The position numbers were made by a program, and so were the translations under genes. This document shows positions 45,201 to 60,039 of a DNA stretch of 64,000 nt, piece by piece. Origin of the DNA: Setoptus koraiensis (lineage: Eukaryota; Animalia; Arthropoda); assembly GCA_048013815.1 (NCBI GenBank), contig CM106586.1, positions 17,174,001 through 17,238,000 on the forward strand. The letters run 5' to 3'. Below the pieces are notes generated by a model, which was not told the DNA's origin, made no database searches, and saw only the letters and a program-made list of their open reading frames with translations. Position 1 is the stretch's first letter. Each line of letters opens with the position of its first letter.

Positions 45201-48200
45201 GTAGACAGTTTAGAGAGGAACGGCCAGACGGAGGGCGAGCGCGGAAAGCAAGCCCGAGCGGCCAAAGAAAAAAAACTGCTCGCCAGCGTAATCCGTCTCG
45301 AAGGGGCCGCCAGCAACATTAGTTGGTCATTTTTCAGCCTCCATTTCCAGCTCACAAACAAACCGCTTAACCGATCCCCCCCAAAAGTACAAACAAATTG
45401 TCTGTATGTGACCCCTGTGTGTGTGTGTGCGTGTGAGGCCCCAGTTTAGACAATAATTGCATAGATACAAATCTCTCTTTTGTGCAAATTCACACGTTCG
45501 CCAATGCAAGTGCATGCCTCGCTGAGCACACATTTTTGATGAGCTCGCTCTGGCCCCCCCCAACCGACCAGATATTCAAAGACGCTGCTTTGTTTGATTG
45601 GCGACACAGTTTATACTAATACTAATTTTGGATCTCTATCAATCTCCATCGCATCCCCGCACTCCATTCACGCCGCCGCAATCAAATTCGAATTGGCCCC
45701 GCGCGACGCAACATGACGCCCCAAATCCTCGAACTGTATTATTAATGATTGTATCAATTATCGCGCCGCCATTGGTAACCACCCAGGTAAAATGACAAAT
45801 TTTGTGGAAATGCTTGCGGCGCACGGCTCAATATTGACCATTTTGGCCATTAGTTTTGAGCGTTATTATGCCATTTGCAAGCCATTGAAGGCCGGATATA
45901 AATGCACAAATGTCAGAGCGGCTATTATTATATGCATCGTCTGGTTTTTGGCTATACTGTTAACGTCGCCAATAATAGCCATGGCCAAACTGCCAGAGAC
46001 AACCTATATTGATGGCTCTCTTGTGCACAATTGTATTTTGGAAACAAAAGATTATTGGCCAAAGACGTATGTTTTTGTCTCAATGATTGCGTTCTTTTGG
46101 TTGCCCTTGATTGTGCTCATGCTAGTCTATTGGTTGATAGCAAAAAGTTTGGTTGTTGAAACTAGCGGTAACAGTAACTCAATTGTGCCAACCATGTATC
46201 ACAATCACGGCAACGATCGCCATCATAACAGCAACAGCAATCATCAGCGAATCTCTGTCAGTAGTGAGCAAACATTTACCGATGATAATCATGATCGCAC
46301 AACCGGCAATAATAATTTCAAATCATATGAATCATCGGCATCGGGGACACTAAATAATGATAATACGCATTATCATCAGCAAATTAGAGGCCAATCACTG
46401 TTGTGTAGGGGATCACAGAGAGCTCATAAATTATTCAGACGCTTCAACAGTGCAGCTATCGCCAGTAGTACAGATAGAACATCACCTGTGTCACCAACAA
46501 TAATTGAAGACACCGCCAGTTATACGAACGATGAGCAAACAGCACACCCGTCAGGTGAGACCGATCGAATGGATCAAAATACCGTGCCAGCAGTATGCAA
46601 ACAATACAACAATATTGGTAGCATTGAAGAGGCCAACAGTCAAATTGTGTCAAACGGGCCAGACCAATCGATCATCAGCAATCGTTTAGCCGCCAGTCGT
46701 CGTTATCGCGACGAAAACAAAGGTACAGCTAACAATCTAAAAATAGACTGCCGTGAGAGACCCAACCTGTTAATGTCGATTGAAGACGCTAATAGCGAGA
46801 GCGCGGCTACTGCAGGTAACTCGAAGATAAAAATTTCCGACTGTGGTGCCAATCATGATAATAACATAAAGATGCCTGGGAGACATTGTGTGAAAGATGA
46901 AATGGTAGTCAAACAACAATTATTGGACGGCAACAACAATCCTGTTGATGTCAAATGTTCAACAGACGGTGATCAAGTTATCAACATAATGAAGTCAGCT
47001 AAGGCAGAAAGTCACTCGGAGACAATTGAGAACGAGAATCACCCATTGCTGTTGTCGTTTAGCAACGACACAGCTTCTTATTATGATAATTTACAGTCCA
47101 GCGGCGGAAACAATAGTAAATTGTTAGGGCAACAAACAATTGACTTCGAAATGGAACATCCCAACAAAGTCAACGATGCAACTACATTAGGAAATAATTG
47201 GACAGCGCCGGCTACAATTACTGAAGGCACCAATATTGCCGACATAAAGAAGGCAGATCAACTTGTTATTAGGAGTGATAATTCATCGTTAAAGGGTAAA
47301 AATGGAATAGGAGCTTTATTGATACAGAAACACGACGTGACATTCAAGAGAGGCAAAAATCACGTAGCCAATATGCGAGGGGTCTCTTTTGATGGTATCA
47401 ATTTATATAAGGATTTTGAGATCCATCGTTACACTTCACCTACGGTCTTAGCAGCAACAAATTTTGCTATAAAAAGAGAGCAACAACAAGGTAAATTGGG
47501 TCACCAATCACCAGTAACAGTCACCACATACAAATGTATTAATTCAAAAGAAGCGACCAATTGTTGTTCACGGTCGCCAGATATCGAAGCGAAACACTAT
47601 CGCTCAACTATTTGTCTGAACCATTTATTCAAAAGGTTCACTAAATTAAAGAGGAACTCCATCAATAACGCATCAACCACAACAACCACTACTACAACTA
47701 CCAGCAATAATACTCGTGATACTCTTCAAAGTCTTTCTTCTAAATGCAAGCTACCCAACGATGCTACAATGAAACATAAACAAGCCGCTGTTGCTGATAC
47801 AACACCACCCACATCAAATAAACAACCGGATGCTACTAAGATAAGCTCGTTGACTTATGCAACTACCAATGGGTTTACGCACCTTAGAGATTGTCATGTC
47901 AACAACAACGGCAGCATCGTCAACACTAAATCAAGAGTATCTCATTCGAGTCATGATTCAACTACGCTTCCGCATCATCACCATTCTCATTCAATAACGA
48001 ACAAACAATCTCGCCTGTCAAATTTCTCCAATGCTGTATTATATAACAATTCACAACAAATGAAATCACGTCGACAAGTTGTTGTTATGCTGGCATTTGT
48101 TGTTGCTTGTTTCTTCCTATTATTTTTCCCATATAGAATATTCACTATATGGCTCATATTCAGCACCGAAGATCAAGTTCTATCTCTTGGTATGGAAACT

Positions 48201-48482
48201 TACTATAATCTTACTTATTTTAGTAGAATACTTATATATCTACATTCGGCAATCAATCCGATCGCTTATAATCTCATATCAACTAAATTCCGCCGAGCAT
48301 TTATAGCCATATTGTGTTGTCGAAATGTTAATTCTAGACGTAAGTTTACCACCGAATATAAGGCAAGCAACAATAGTACAAACAAATCATCTTCAACTAA
48401 TTATAATCGTCAATGTTTAAGCGGAAGTCAAAGGAGCCACTCCATTGCGACAACAATTACAACAGCTAATAATGACAATTAA
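39278..48482 (+). CDS. ETHR: Ecdysis-triggering hormone receptor (class A GPCR), exons 39278-40043 and 45787-48482, ~1153 aa
   Basis: TM1-2 GNLLVPLVVIKTKDLRNSTNLFLINLSVAD, ECL1 PETWLLGEQMC, TM3 TILAISFERYYAICKPL, TM6-7 RRQVVVML...SAINPIAYNLISTKFR match the arthropod ETHR pattern. Phase-1 intron 40044-45786 (T|GTAAGT ... CCCAG|GT). Start chosen at ACCATGG 39278 (signal peptide); the ORF extends upstream to 39044. Confidence 0.88.
42095..42160. repeat. 19-bp tandem repeat x4, each unit containing TTC-N3-GAA
   Basis: TTCATTGAA at 42095; TTCATGGAA at 42114, 42133 and 42152. Confidence 0.85.
42498..42526. repeat. 29-bp palindrome with 1-nt spacer in the ETHR intron
   Basis: ACACTGTGTTGTAG-A-CTACAACACAGTGT. 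Confidence 0.9.
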
Positions 48483-48656
48483 TTAATTCAATATTTTGCA
48501 GAGAACAATGTTAACATGACATACAAATCTCTATTGACTGTGAATCAAAAATCTAGTTAGAATGATAATAAAAACGATGTCCCCGGACTTTATATAATAA
48601 TTGATAATATATATATCGACCGTCTGATTTCTATAATTGATTTTTCGCCTCTTAGA

Positions 48657-49659
48657 TCAATTGTAGATCAATTCTACATCCACATATCGATTTTGATTGG
48701 CCTTGTTAATCACATCAGTGTAATAATTCATCAGTCCTTTAACACTTTCGTTTTCCACTGTGAGTATACTGTTATCTCTTTCATTAACTTTTTGCTTATG
48801 AGTCAACAATTCGATTATTTTGCTCTGTTTTTGTTTGTGCTTTCTGAGAGTATTTAGAGTAAATTCATCATTATCAGCGACGCTAAAAGTACATTTAGCA
48901 CGTACATTGGATATGATTTTATCGTTGATACAATCAGTCAGACAGTATTGTGAAATGACTACATTCAGTTGATTTGTGTCCCTGTGTAGTCTTTCAATTG
49001 TAGCCTCTTGATGATCCTTTGTTCTTTCAAACGCATCACGGTATTTCTTGGCCTTTTGAACTAATGAGGTGTTGTTTCGATGAAAGGAAAATTAATAGCG
49101 ATATTCAACGTTACCAATTGTTATCAATGACGTATTAGAGGTTAGTGTTGAAGTGCAAAAAAGGGTTCATCTTACCTGATTCACGTGACATTTTCAATAT
49201 TTTCATGAGCTGATCTAGATCACGGGATATATGTTCATTCAACTCTTTTAAGTTGTTGTATTTCTCTTGGATTACTTTGAATTTGGCAGGCAATGAATGC
49301 AAGTTGCCGAATTGTTTCTTGATAGCAGTCTCGGGTTCCTTGTCGATCTTGTGTTTCTCCTCCATTTCATAGCTATTGATGTAATCCTTGAGGTTTTTAT
49401 GCTCTTCTTCCCGAGCTATGTACATATTTTGAAACAGATCATACTGAGCCTTGCATTCGCGCATTTTTGCGGCATACAGTTTGTCTATGTCCTCGACACG
49501 TTTTCTCATTCGATCCTCCAAGGTATTCTTGAGACTAAGATTTTGCTCCAGATCCTTGTGCAATTTTACACTTTCTCGTTGAACCTTATCATAATGTTTT
49601 TCCAGCGATTTGAGCCTTTGGTCGAAAATTCTCAGTTGTTTGTAAAATGTGTTGTCCAT
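48657..49659 (-). CDS. Uncharacterised coiled-coil protein, copy B (donor), exons 49659-49176 and 49060-48657, 295 aa
   Basis: Near-identical to 21642-22635 with the same 115-nt intron. Ends VELIYN* (TGA 48659-48657). Confidence 0.85.
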
Positions 49660-50399
49660 GGCGTAATTTTACAATCACTTTTACTGTATGTTATCTGGTA
49701 ATGTCAGCAATTGTGAACAAAAGATTGATGCCAGTCTGCAGTGATGAGTTGGTTTGTAGCGAAATATTACCGATTCTTTGGTGTTTGCGTACACCTACGG
49801 TATTGGCGCCAATACTTGATGCAATCGCAATTCTGTGCAATATTTGGGATAAATCTAGCGGAAGCTAGAAGTGGCAAATGTGCCTGAGAGGTCCGGTTTG
49901 GCATTGTTGTGCAAAGTGTAACTTTGTGAAGTGTAGCCTAGGGGCGCGAAATGATAAATTTGAGTTGCGTGCCTTCGCATGTGGAGGGGGCGCGAGCACA
50001 AACGAGCGAGCGGATGCACAGATTCGCTTCGAAAGTGCAAGTGAAAAGTGAATAGTGATGGAGTGAATAGCGCGACGGAGCTCTCAAGCCTGAGGGTGAA
50101 GTGTTGCCCTCGTTATTCCGCTGTGAGCGGAGTGTGCAGACGAAGAGCGCTCGATTGATCGAATTTTCAAAACAAATGTGCAAACGACGCCATGCTGCCA
50201 TTCGCCGTAAACAGTTCGCCACACATAAACCTGTTGTTGTTCACCGGAGGGCACTGCAACAGTATCGAGTGTTTCAGGCAACATGCAATGTGCGCCGCGT
50301 AGCGCAGCCAAGCAAACAACAAACAGACCATTGTGTACAGCCTGTACTTTTGACGCAATGCCGTTTTATTTCCATTTGAAATTGGCGCTCTCGCGCATG

Positions 50400-50419
50400 C
50401 GTTTCTCTCGAACGGAAAT
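50400..50419 (+). promoter_or_regulatory. Pyrimidine-rich (TCT/TOP-like) candidate initiator of PABP, conserved in the duplicate at 21021-21040
   Basis: CGTTTCTCTCGAACGGAAAT is identical in both copies while both flanks are rearranged. The TSS position itself is inference. Confidence 0.4.
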
Positions 50420-50562
50420 TATTATATTGTATGAAAGTGCGTCATTTATTGAAACACAGTGAGCAGCTTGCATTGTGTTAGTTCGGAGGAAGGCCTACCT
50501 TCGATATATCGTTAGAATTTGTTATTTTTATAATTATTATAGAAAATCATTAAATTATTATT

Positions 50563-52967
<2,405 letters not shown>

Positions 52968-54015
52968 TTTCTGAATCTAAGATTTTCTATATGTCGTTCT
53001 AATAATTATACAAAATAAAAATAGCAAAACAATTGATTTGCAGTGTGTAAGACTTCCCCTTACATACTGCATTGATCCGAACTAAAATAAATCCCCGGCA
53101 TGGCCTCTGACTTGTAATCTAAAATTTTCTGCACCCTGATCGGTGATAGAGCCAATGATGAGGCCTCAATATAGGTAGTTTTAGGTGTTTCCGATGTTGT
53201 GGCCATTGTGAATTCTCAGAGGTCCACTCGGACTCATGTCGCAGTTCAATTCTGATGGGGGTCTCCTCCGTGAATAACAATTTATTCGCCGAAAAACTAG
53301 CACTCCAGACCAATTGAATTGATGCCTGGATTGCTCGTATTCCTAGTAACCAATGGTGCAAACACTTTGATCCCTCAGTTCTAGCGCGCCCCAAATTCAA
53401 ACTATCCATGTGCGTGCGCACGCATTATAGCAACACTTCGAAGAGTTGCGCGCCGAACAGAGCGACGAGGGAGCGCAACTCGACAGTCATTCGTTCTTTT
53501 GCAACCGAAAGTACCGGTGCATTACATCCAATTCGAACACGGCAAAACGCATTGAGATACAGCGATTGAGGCACCTTCGTTTGTGGGTGCATACAGGTGC
53601 AACATAATCAGTGGGCTTCACAAGTGCTGGCACAAAGCGCTAACAGTGCAATTAGGCAATAGTCAAATAGAGTGCCAACAATTATTGAAGATAAACAACA
53701 ACAATGTCAAGTTTTGCGAATAAATGCAAACTTGCCGCCAGCGGTCAACATGCTTGTTCCAGTATTGATTCTTCAGCAAGCCGTATTAAGCAAGCCATTT
53801 AAGACACAATAGCCTACAGCTAAGTTTGTTGTCACACAGCAATTTATCACCAGAGAGAAGTAGTAGTCTATTCCTGCCAACTATCGCTTTGTTGAGCACA
53901 CTTTGTACGCGACCAGTGCCACTCACAGCAATCAATATCATCAGCATCACATTATTTTTGAGGCCAACAGAAGCAGCAAGTATGTTATATTGTGTTGTGT
54001 TGATACAGTTTGTAG

Positions 54016-54173
54016 ATCGTTGATGAAGACGATGATAGAAAACGGTTCGCATTAGAGCTAACACTTACACTGAAGTCGACCAGCAAGAGATTCACTGAGA
54101 GCCTGCAGACACTCGAAGATGGAACGTCGATGATTACGTCGGAAGAGATAATCACAACAGAGCCAATTACAAG
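54016..54173 (+). other. Candidate internal coding exon of an unidentified gene (IVDEDDDRKRFALELTLTLKSTSKRFTESLQTLEDGTSMITSEEIITTEPIT)
   Basis: TTTGTAG| acceptor, 158 nt open in one frame, strong AAG|GTGAGT donor at the edge of the GC-rich block. No homology recognised. Confidence 0.3.
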
Positions 54174-56769
54174 GTGAGTGTATGCAACACATTGTGCGCT
54201 GGTTACTCTTCAAGAGCATATATGCAAATAAATAAAACTGCCTATACAGCAATTAGACAAAACAGGCATTGGGGGCATTTGTGCCTGTTGGGCAGGCGCA
54301 AATCACTACAAACGATTGATCGCGATTGCGGATCAATTGACCATCATGCAAATGGGCGGCGCGCCATAATTGGTGTCGCCTGTTATATAATGCACAATGT
54401 ATTGTGTTTGATATTTATGTGGGACAGGCATATCGCGATTGGCGATCGACGTTGTCACAACAGTCGAGCGACGATTGGCCGTCCGTAGGAAGCTTCGAAC
54501 GGGCCAACATCGATCCGATGACAGGCGACAGACAGGCCCAAACAGACGGGCTGACGCTGGCGCCCAAGTGGCCCAGTTGTGGCAGACTTGCTGGCGGACT
54601 TGCGACAGAGTTTTTGGCGGACTTGTGACAGAGTTTTTGGCGAACGCGTCCCGTTCGAACGTCAAATATCGCACACACTACGAGAGTGAAGTTAGCAACA
54701 CACAGATTTGTTGCGCTTGTGGGGCAATATTTGATGTTCGAAGCACGTGCTGGCCTCTTGGCGCTTCTCTGGTGGGCGCGTGCGGGTTCATGGCGATCGA
54801 GCGTCGATTGTGTGTTGTCTGTTGGCAAAGATTGTTGCGCCATTTGCAGTTGGGACGTCGCGCAGTCGGCCGGTCGCACAGTCGCATAGTGGCGATGGTG
54901 CACGGGCCCCAGTTGGCGGCGCGCTGAGTGTGTATTGATGTGCGAAACAGGGGCTCCATTCATCATGATAACCGAGCGCTGCAAACAGAGCCAGACAGAC
55001 AGAGCCAGACGGACAGAGCCAGCAAATGAACAAGAGACACCCATTAAATCACATTACATCGGGCCCCATTGGCACCTAACAATGATTGCTGTTTGCATAG
55101 GCGCAATAAAAGTTTGTTTTTTGTTGTGTCGTCGATACAAGTCGTTGTGGGGCCGCGCGTTTGCACACACACGCACAATTTTGCATACGCGCTCGCGCGA
55201 CAATGTGAGCGCCCGAGATATCGCACGCATTGTATTATGGGTATTATGTGTATCATGAGCATTATGAGCATTATGGGCATCATGAGCATCATGAGCATTG
55301 TGAGCATTGTGAGTATTTGGAGCATCGGCAGTGATAAGGCAAAAGAGAGCAGCAATCTTAAGAAAATTAATATTGTTACTGGGGCCGGCGCTTTGTTGGC
55401 ACGGCCCGCGATGATTCTTGATTTTGGGGCCACTCGTGCGAGCGGCGCAGCAAATTAACAGCGCTTTGCATGAATGCAATTGACGCAATCGCTCATGTTG
55501 CGCTCATCTTTTGGCTTGGTTTCATTCTGTCGCATCGCCCCTTTCGGCCCTTCATCGGCTGCGGGCCCGATAGTTGAGGTGGCGCTATCGGGCGCAGCCA
55601 GTTGACTCAACGGAGTGGAGGTGCCAAAACAGCACAGACAGCAACAAACAATTACCCGGCGGCGAGCGTGTTGTCGCGAATGGGCGCCACTTTGGAAATT
55701 AGCGCACGTTAGCGCTGTTTTGCGGGAGTCCCGCGGGGCCGCTCAGTCCAATTTGCGGTGGCTCGTTGGGCGCCCCGACCGCCGGGCAGCCCCTGTCGCG
55801 AGCGCGCTGCAACGCGCCGATAATGAAATGGCGAAACGTCGCGATGGCGAAACGTCGCGATGGCGAAATGTTATAATGGCGAACTGGTGACACTGCTCGT
55901 CACAGTGGCGGGCCTCTCCATCTCGAAGGGGCCATTTTGAAGGGTCCCACTTGAGCTCGCGCGGCTCGGTGTCGGCTGTGCCGGGCCGGGGTTTCGGCAT
56001 CGCGGTCGCAAGCCAGCGCGAGTGTGACGCCCGCATCCCGCAGGCCGATGAGCGCCGGCCAAATCTGGGCCGGCCCGCCGGGCCAAGATTTGGGCCAAAA
56101 CGCGCCCGGCCAACGAATGAATCAGCTAATTGAATTGACTGAGCGCCATGCCAGTTGTTTAGTCTGTGATTATTAGTCTAATCACATAAAAGTGTCCACG
56201 ATACTGTCTCGCATTGGTCCCGCGCAACTTGGCCGGCTTCTCGTTGTGGCGCGCACAAATCATCGCCGTCGGCCAGCGCCAGAGTGCAGCGACAAAAAGA
56301 AGCCCCAAAGAGGCCGACACTCTAGCGCCGCTGTTGTTACATAACAATATATTATTATTATTATTGTTATTACGTAAACGTCGCCCACGGTTGTTAGTTG
56401 GCTGCGGGCGCCCGTGCGGCCATCGCTGTGCGCAGTCCGCCTACTCTGTGTCTATGAAACAGTGCGCGCACTGGCACAAAAAGGTTCGTGTGCGAAACAG
56501 TGCGCGCATAAAACCCGTCTGTGCAGTCTTGGCGGGGCCCCGTGCCGGCCAGCGCCACAGCGAGCCGCTTGCAAGTGGCCGTTGAGGCGCTCGAGCACAC
56601 GAACAGGCAGCGAGCATCATGAACACAAAGTGGCCGTTGAGTCCATTTAGTCCAGTCTGTTTAGCGAAAACGTTTGGCGGGCGCTGATTATGCAATTTGG
56701 GCAAGGTCAATTCATCATTGTTATCGCCAATGTTGTTTGTTGTTTGCCATTCATTTGTTAACTGTCATT

Positions 56770-56850
56770 TGTTAGTTGTTGTTTGTTAGCTGTTGTTTGT
56801 TAGTTGTCGTTTGTTAGTTGTCGTTTGTTAGTTGTCGTTTGTTAGTTGTT
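56770..56850. repeat. 14-bp tandem repeat x~5
   Basis: TTGTTAGTTGTCGT units. Confidence 0.8.
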
Positions 56851-59304
56851 ATTTGGTTGTTCGGTGGCGCTGCGCACTGGACAGCCGAAATTGACACACG
56901 AGCAGCATAAACAGCACAGACAGGTGACGTCAGCTTGACAATGTCAGCCAGTTGACAGACGCCGGCGCCGGTTGGTGGCAGCGACTGTGTGCGACACTTT
57001 TCAATCACTTCACTGTGACACGCTCACAGCGGCCAGTCACTCAGATCACCTGGCTCAGCTGACTCAGGTGACTCAGGTGAGGGGGCCCCATCGGCTGGCG
57101 CACCGCAGCGCCGTATTGCACGCCATGAATGCCGGCGGCAGCAGCGTGCACGTCAGCCGATGCTCACAAGTCGTCAGTGGCTCGATCATGCGCGCGTTGT
57201 GTCATCATTATCGGCCGCACCGTCATCTGTCAACTGAAAACTGTAGCCGTTAACTGTCACTTGTGAACCGGGTCGCCCCAAACAGAGCGACCCGCAACAG
57301 AGCGAGTGGGCCGGCGACGAGTTGTTGCCGTCTAGCCAGACGATCGGCAATTTGCACCAACAGCCAGCAGTGGCGGCGAGCCTATGGGGCCCAGCGAGCT
57401 GTCGAGCCCACTGACTCGACAGCGGCGAGCCCGTTGGACGCACACAGGCGCAAACAAAACAAACTGAAACCTGCGAAAAAACTAACAACTCGCCGCCGAC
57501 AGCACGGAAATGGCACGTACTCACGTTTGACCCGTAAATTGCGCAACTGCTAACTAGTTTGCTCGCCTGCCAAGCTAGCGGCCGCCGGCCGCTCCACTGA
57601 CGCTGGCTGGCTGTCGTACGGTTAATAGCTGTCGCTGTGTGCGTGGGGCGCCAGTTGGTGTCAGCTTGGCGTCGCAACTGGCAACTTGCGTCACGAGCCA
57701 GCGCAAACAAACACGTCGAGTGAGCCCGAGTCGCGGGGTGCGCCCCCGCCGGCCACTCTGCCACACCAAGTGGGTCTGTCAAGTACTGTGCTAGCTGCAT
57801 GCCGCCAGTCCACCGGCGGGTCGGCGCGTCGGTTAGTTGGCGGGTCGGTTAGTCGGTGCGGCGGCCGGTCGGCTCGGCGGTGAGCCCGTGAGCCGGTGAG
57901 GGCAAATCCAGCTCGATTGGGCCGGCGAAAGATTGCGCCCCCGACGGGGGCGCGCGACTCGGCGCGTGCGAGGTGACGCCACGGGCCGTCCCAAGAAGCA
58001 CTGACAACTGGCGGGCACAACTGTGCATGCCAGCATGCAAACGTATGCGCCAACTTGCAAACGTGTGCGCCAGCACGCTGGCACCAGTCGCGACAGTCAT
58101 AACTGGCGAGACGCCGTGCCGAGCCGCGCGCTGAAACGAGCACCCACCTTGAGGCAACCGAAATAACGGCTCGTGCACGCGTGCACACTCACCTGAGCTG
58201 CGCCGCCAGCGTGTTGTTTTGCCGGCCCCAGTTTGTGCCGGCCCCAGTTTGTGCTGGCCCCGGCAGGCACAAGCTGGGGCGAGGGGCGCGGGACGACGGG
58301 CGCGGCCAGCAATGAGCGGCAGCACTGGGCGGCAGCACTGAGCGGCAGCAAGATTCTCGCTGTGAGAGGGAATGCGAAGCGACGGGCGCGCATCGGGCCG
58401 ACGGCGTCGGGCGGCCAGACGGGCGAAGCGGGCGAAACTGCAGAGACGGGCGAAACTGCAGAAACTGCTGAGACGGCCGTTCGAGGGCACTTAATGATCT
58501 TGTGATGCAACCACTGATTTACATTATGCAACCACTTATTGGCATCTGGCCACTCGCTACTTTATAATGCACGCGCACGCACGCGCCGCTATTTCGCTTG
58601 ATGATGCTGGCGCGCGCTGTGCCTGGCGCGCGCTGCGCCGCGGTCACACCGACAAGATTGTGAGTGGCGCAGTGTCGCCCCTTACGTGTCCCGTTACGTC
58701 ACTTTGGCGCGTGTTTTGCGCGTGTTTTGCGCGTGTTTTGCGCGTGTTTTGCGCGTCTTGCTGCTCGCCCGGACAGTGACCAATGGTCAGCTGCATGTTC
58801 AACATGCCATGTGGAAGCAGCGAAAAATGGCGCCCAGTGAAACGCGACCAACACACAGTGGCCAGTGGCGACAAGTTGCGTTGCGCTGCAAGCGAGCGAC
58901 GCCGAGTTGCGTAATTAACGGTGCATTTATTGACGGGTAACAATGATTAGTCTCGTGTTTGCCTGCGCCAGTCTCGTGTTGTTGTTCTGTGCCGGTCTCG
59001 CTGTCTCGCGTTGCAAGCGATTCTTCGAGACTCGCCCACACAGAGTCTCTGTGGCAGAGTCTGTGACAGAGAGACTGTTCTCGCGCGCGCACAGTTGCGA
59101 CAATGCTCGCGAGCGATTCCAACAAGCAACTTATTCAGATATATTCAGACATATTCAGATAAATTCGGGCATATTCAGGCGTTTTCGGGCCTCTGATTGC
59201 GACTTGCCTACGCCAAGTCGCCAAAGTGAGCGCCATCTCGCGCCCGACTCGCGCCAATCTCTCGATCGAGAATCTAATCGACAATTGCCCCACAATCGTG
59301 ATGC

Positions 59305-60039
59305 TCAATCCAACTGATTTGCTGAAATGACCCAGTCGCCCGGGTACGGCCATCGCCGGAGCGTACGCCGGGCCTCATCGGACCATCGGAACCAGTGTGT
59401 GTGGGGCTGCGCGCTGGACGCAGTCACAATTGCCTGGCACATCTTTGCGGCCGCGTACAGCGGTGCAATAGACTGACGGCTAGCGACCACAAGCTTGCTG
59501 AACTGCGCCTCGTCCATGTTGTCCTGCTCGGCTGTCTTGACGAGCTGGTCGATGGCCGCTTCAAAGTTGAAATCACTTTTGCTGTACGGCCGGCACAACT
59601 GTTTCGCCTCGCTCACATACGCGTCCCTTGGATTCCCGTTGTGATTCGTGCTCTTGTAACTCAAATAGCGATTGAGGTTCTCGAGGAATCGCTGCTCGAA
59701 TGGCTCGATGCCCCGATGCACACCGGCAACAAAACGGGTCACTTTTTCCATGTCGAGCTCACTCTCAAATTTCCAAGCTGGCCCCATGTTGGCGCTGTGT
59801 GTCGCTATTTGTAACACTTTCATCATTTGTCCCGGCCAATGATGAATCCTGCTTCGTCTGGCCGCATATTTGCTAGCAGGCAACTGTTGCAATTCCAATT
59901 GATACCATTTTTCCACTTCATCGGTGATCGTTTTTATTTGTTGCAACGTGCGCTCCTGTCCTGCGACCTTCAACGAGCCGAAACTCATAACCAGCACGAC
60001 AGCTCCCAGGCCAAAAGTGATCCCGTGCAATGCATGCAT
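59305..60039 (-). CDS. Orphan secreted protein, 244 aa from the first ATG (signal peptide, helical-looking body, two Cys)
   Basis: Non-repetitive, protein-like ORF within low-complexity DNA. MHALHGITFGLGAVVLVMSFGSLKVAG|QE resembles a signal peptide. AATAAA on the minus strand at 58926-58931. Confidence 0.65.
   Translation of the reverse strand: MHALHGITFGLGAVVLVMSFGSLKVAGQERTLQQIKTITDEVEKWYQLELQQLPASKYAARRSRIHHWPGQMMKVLQIATHSANMGPAWKFESELDMEKVTRFVAGVHRGIEPFEQRFLENLNRYLSYKSTNHNGNPRDAYVSEAKQLCRPYSKSDFNFEAAIDQLVKTAEQDNMDEAQFSKLVVASRQSIAPLYAAAKMCQAIVTASSAQPHTHWFRWSDEARRTLRRWPYPGDWVISANQLD

Noticed and set aside
49984-50178. 195-bp donor-only segment as an intron lost in the copy
   Set aside because: Its ends are not GT-AG on either strand at the observed junction; it lies between short direct repeats, as expected for a deletion.
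53119-53421. 100-aa minus-strand ORF behind PABP
   Set aside because: Non-ATG start, in-frame stop just upstream, no recognisable motif.
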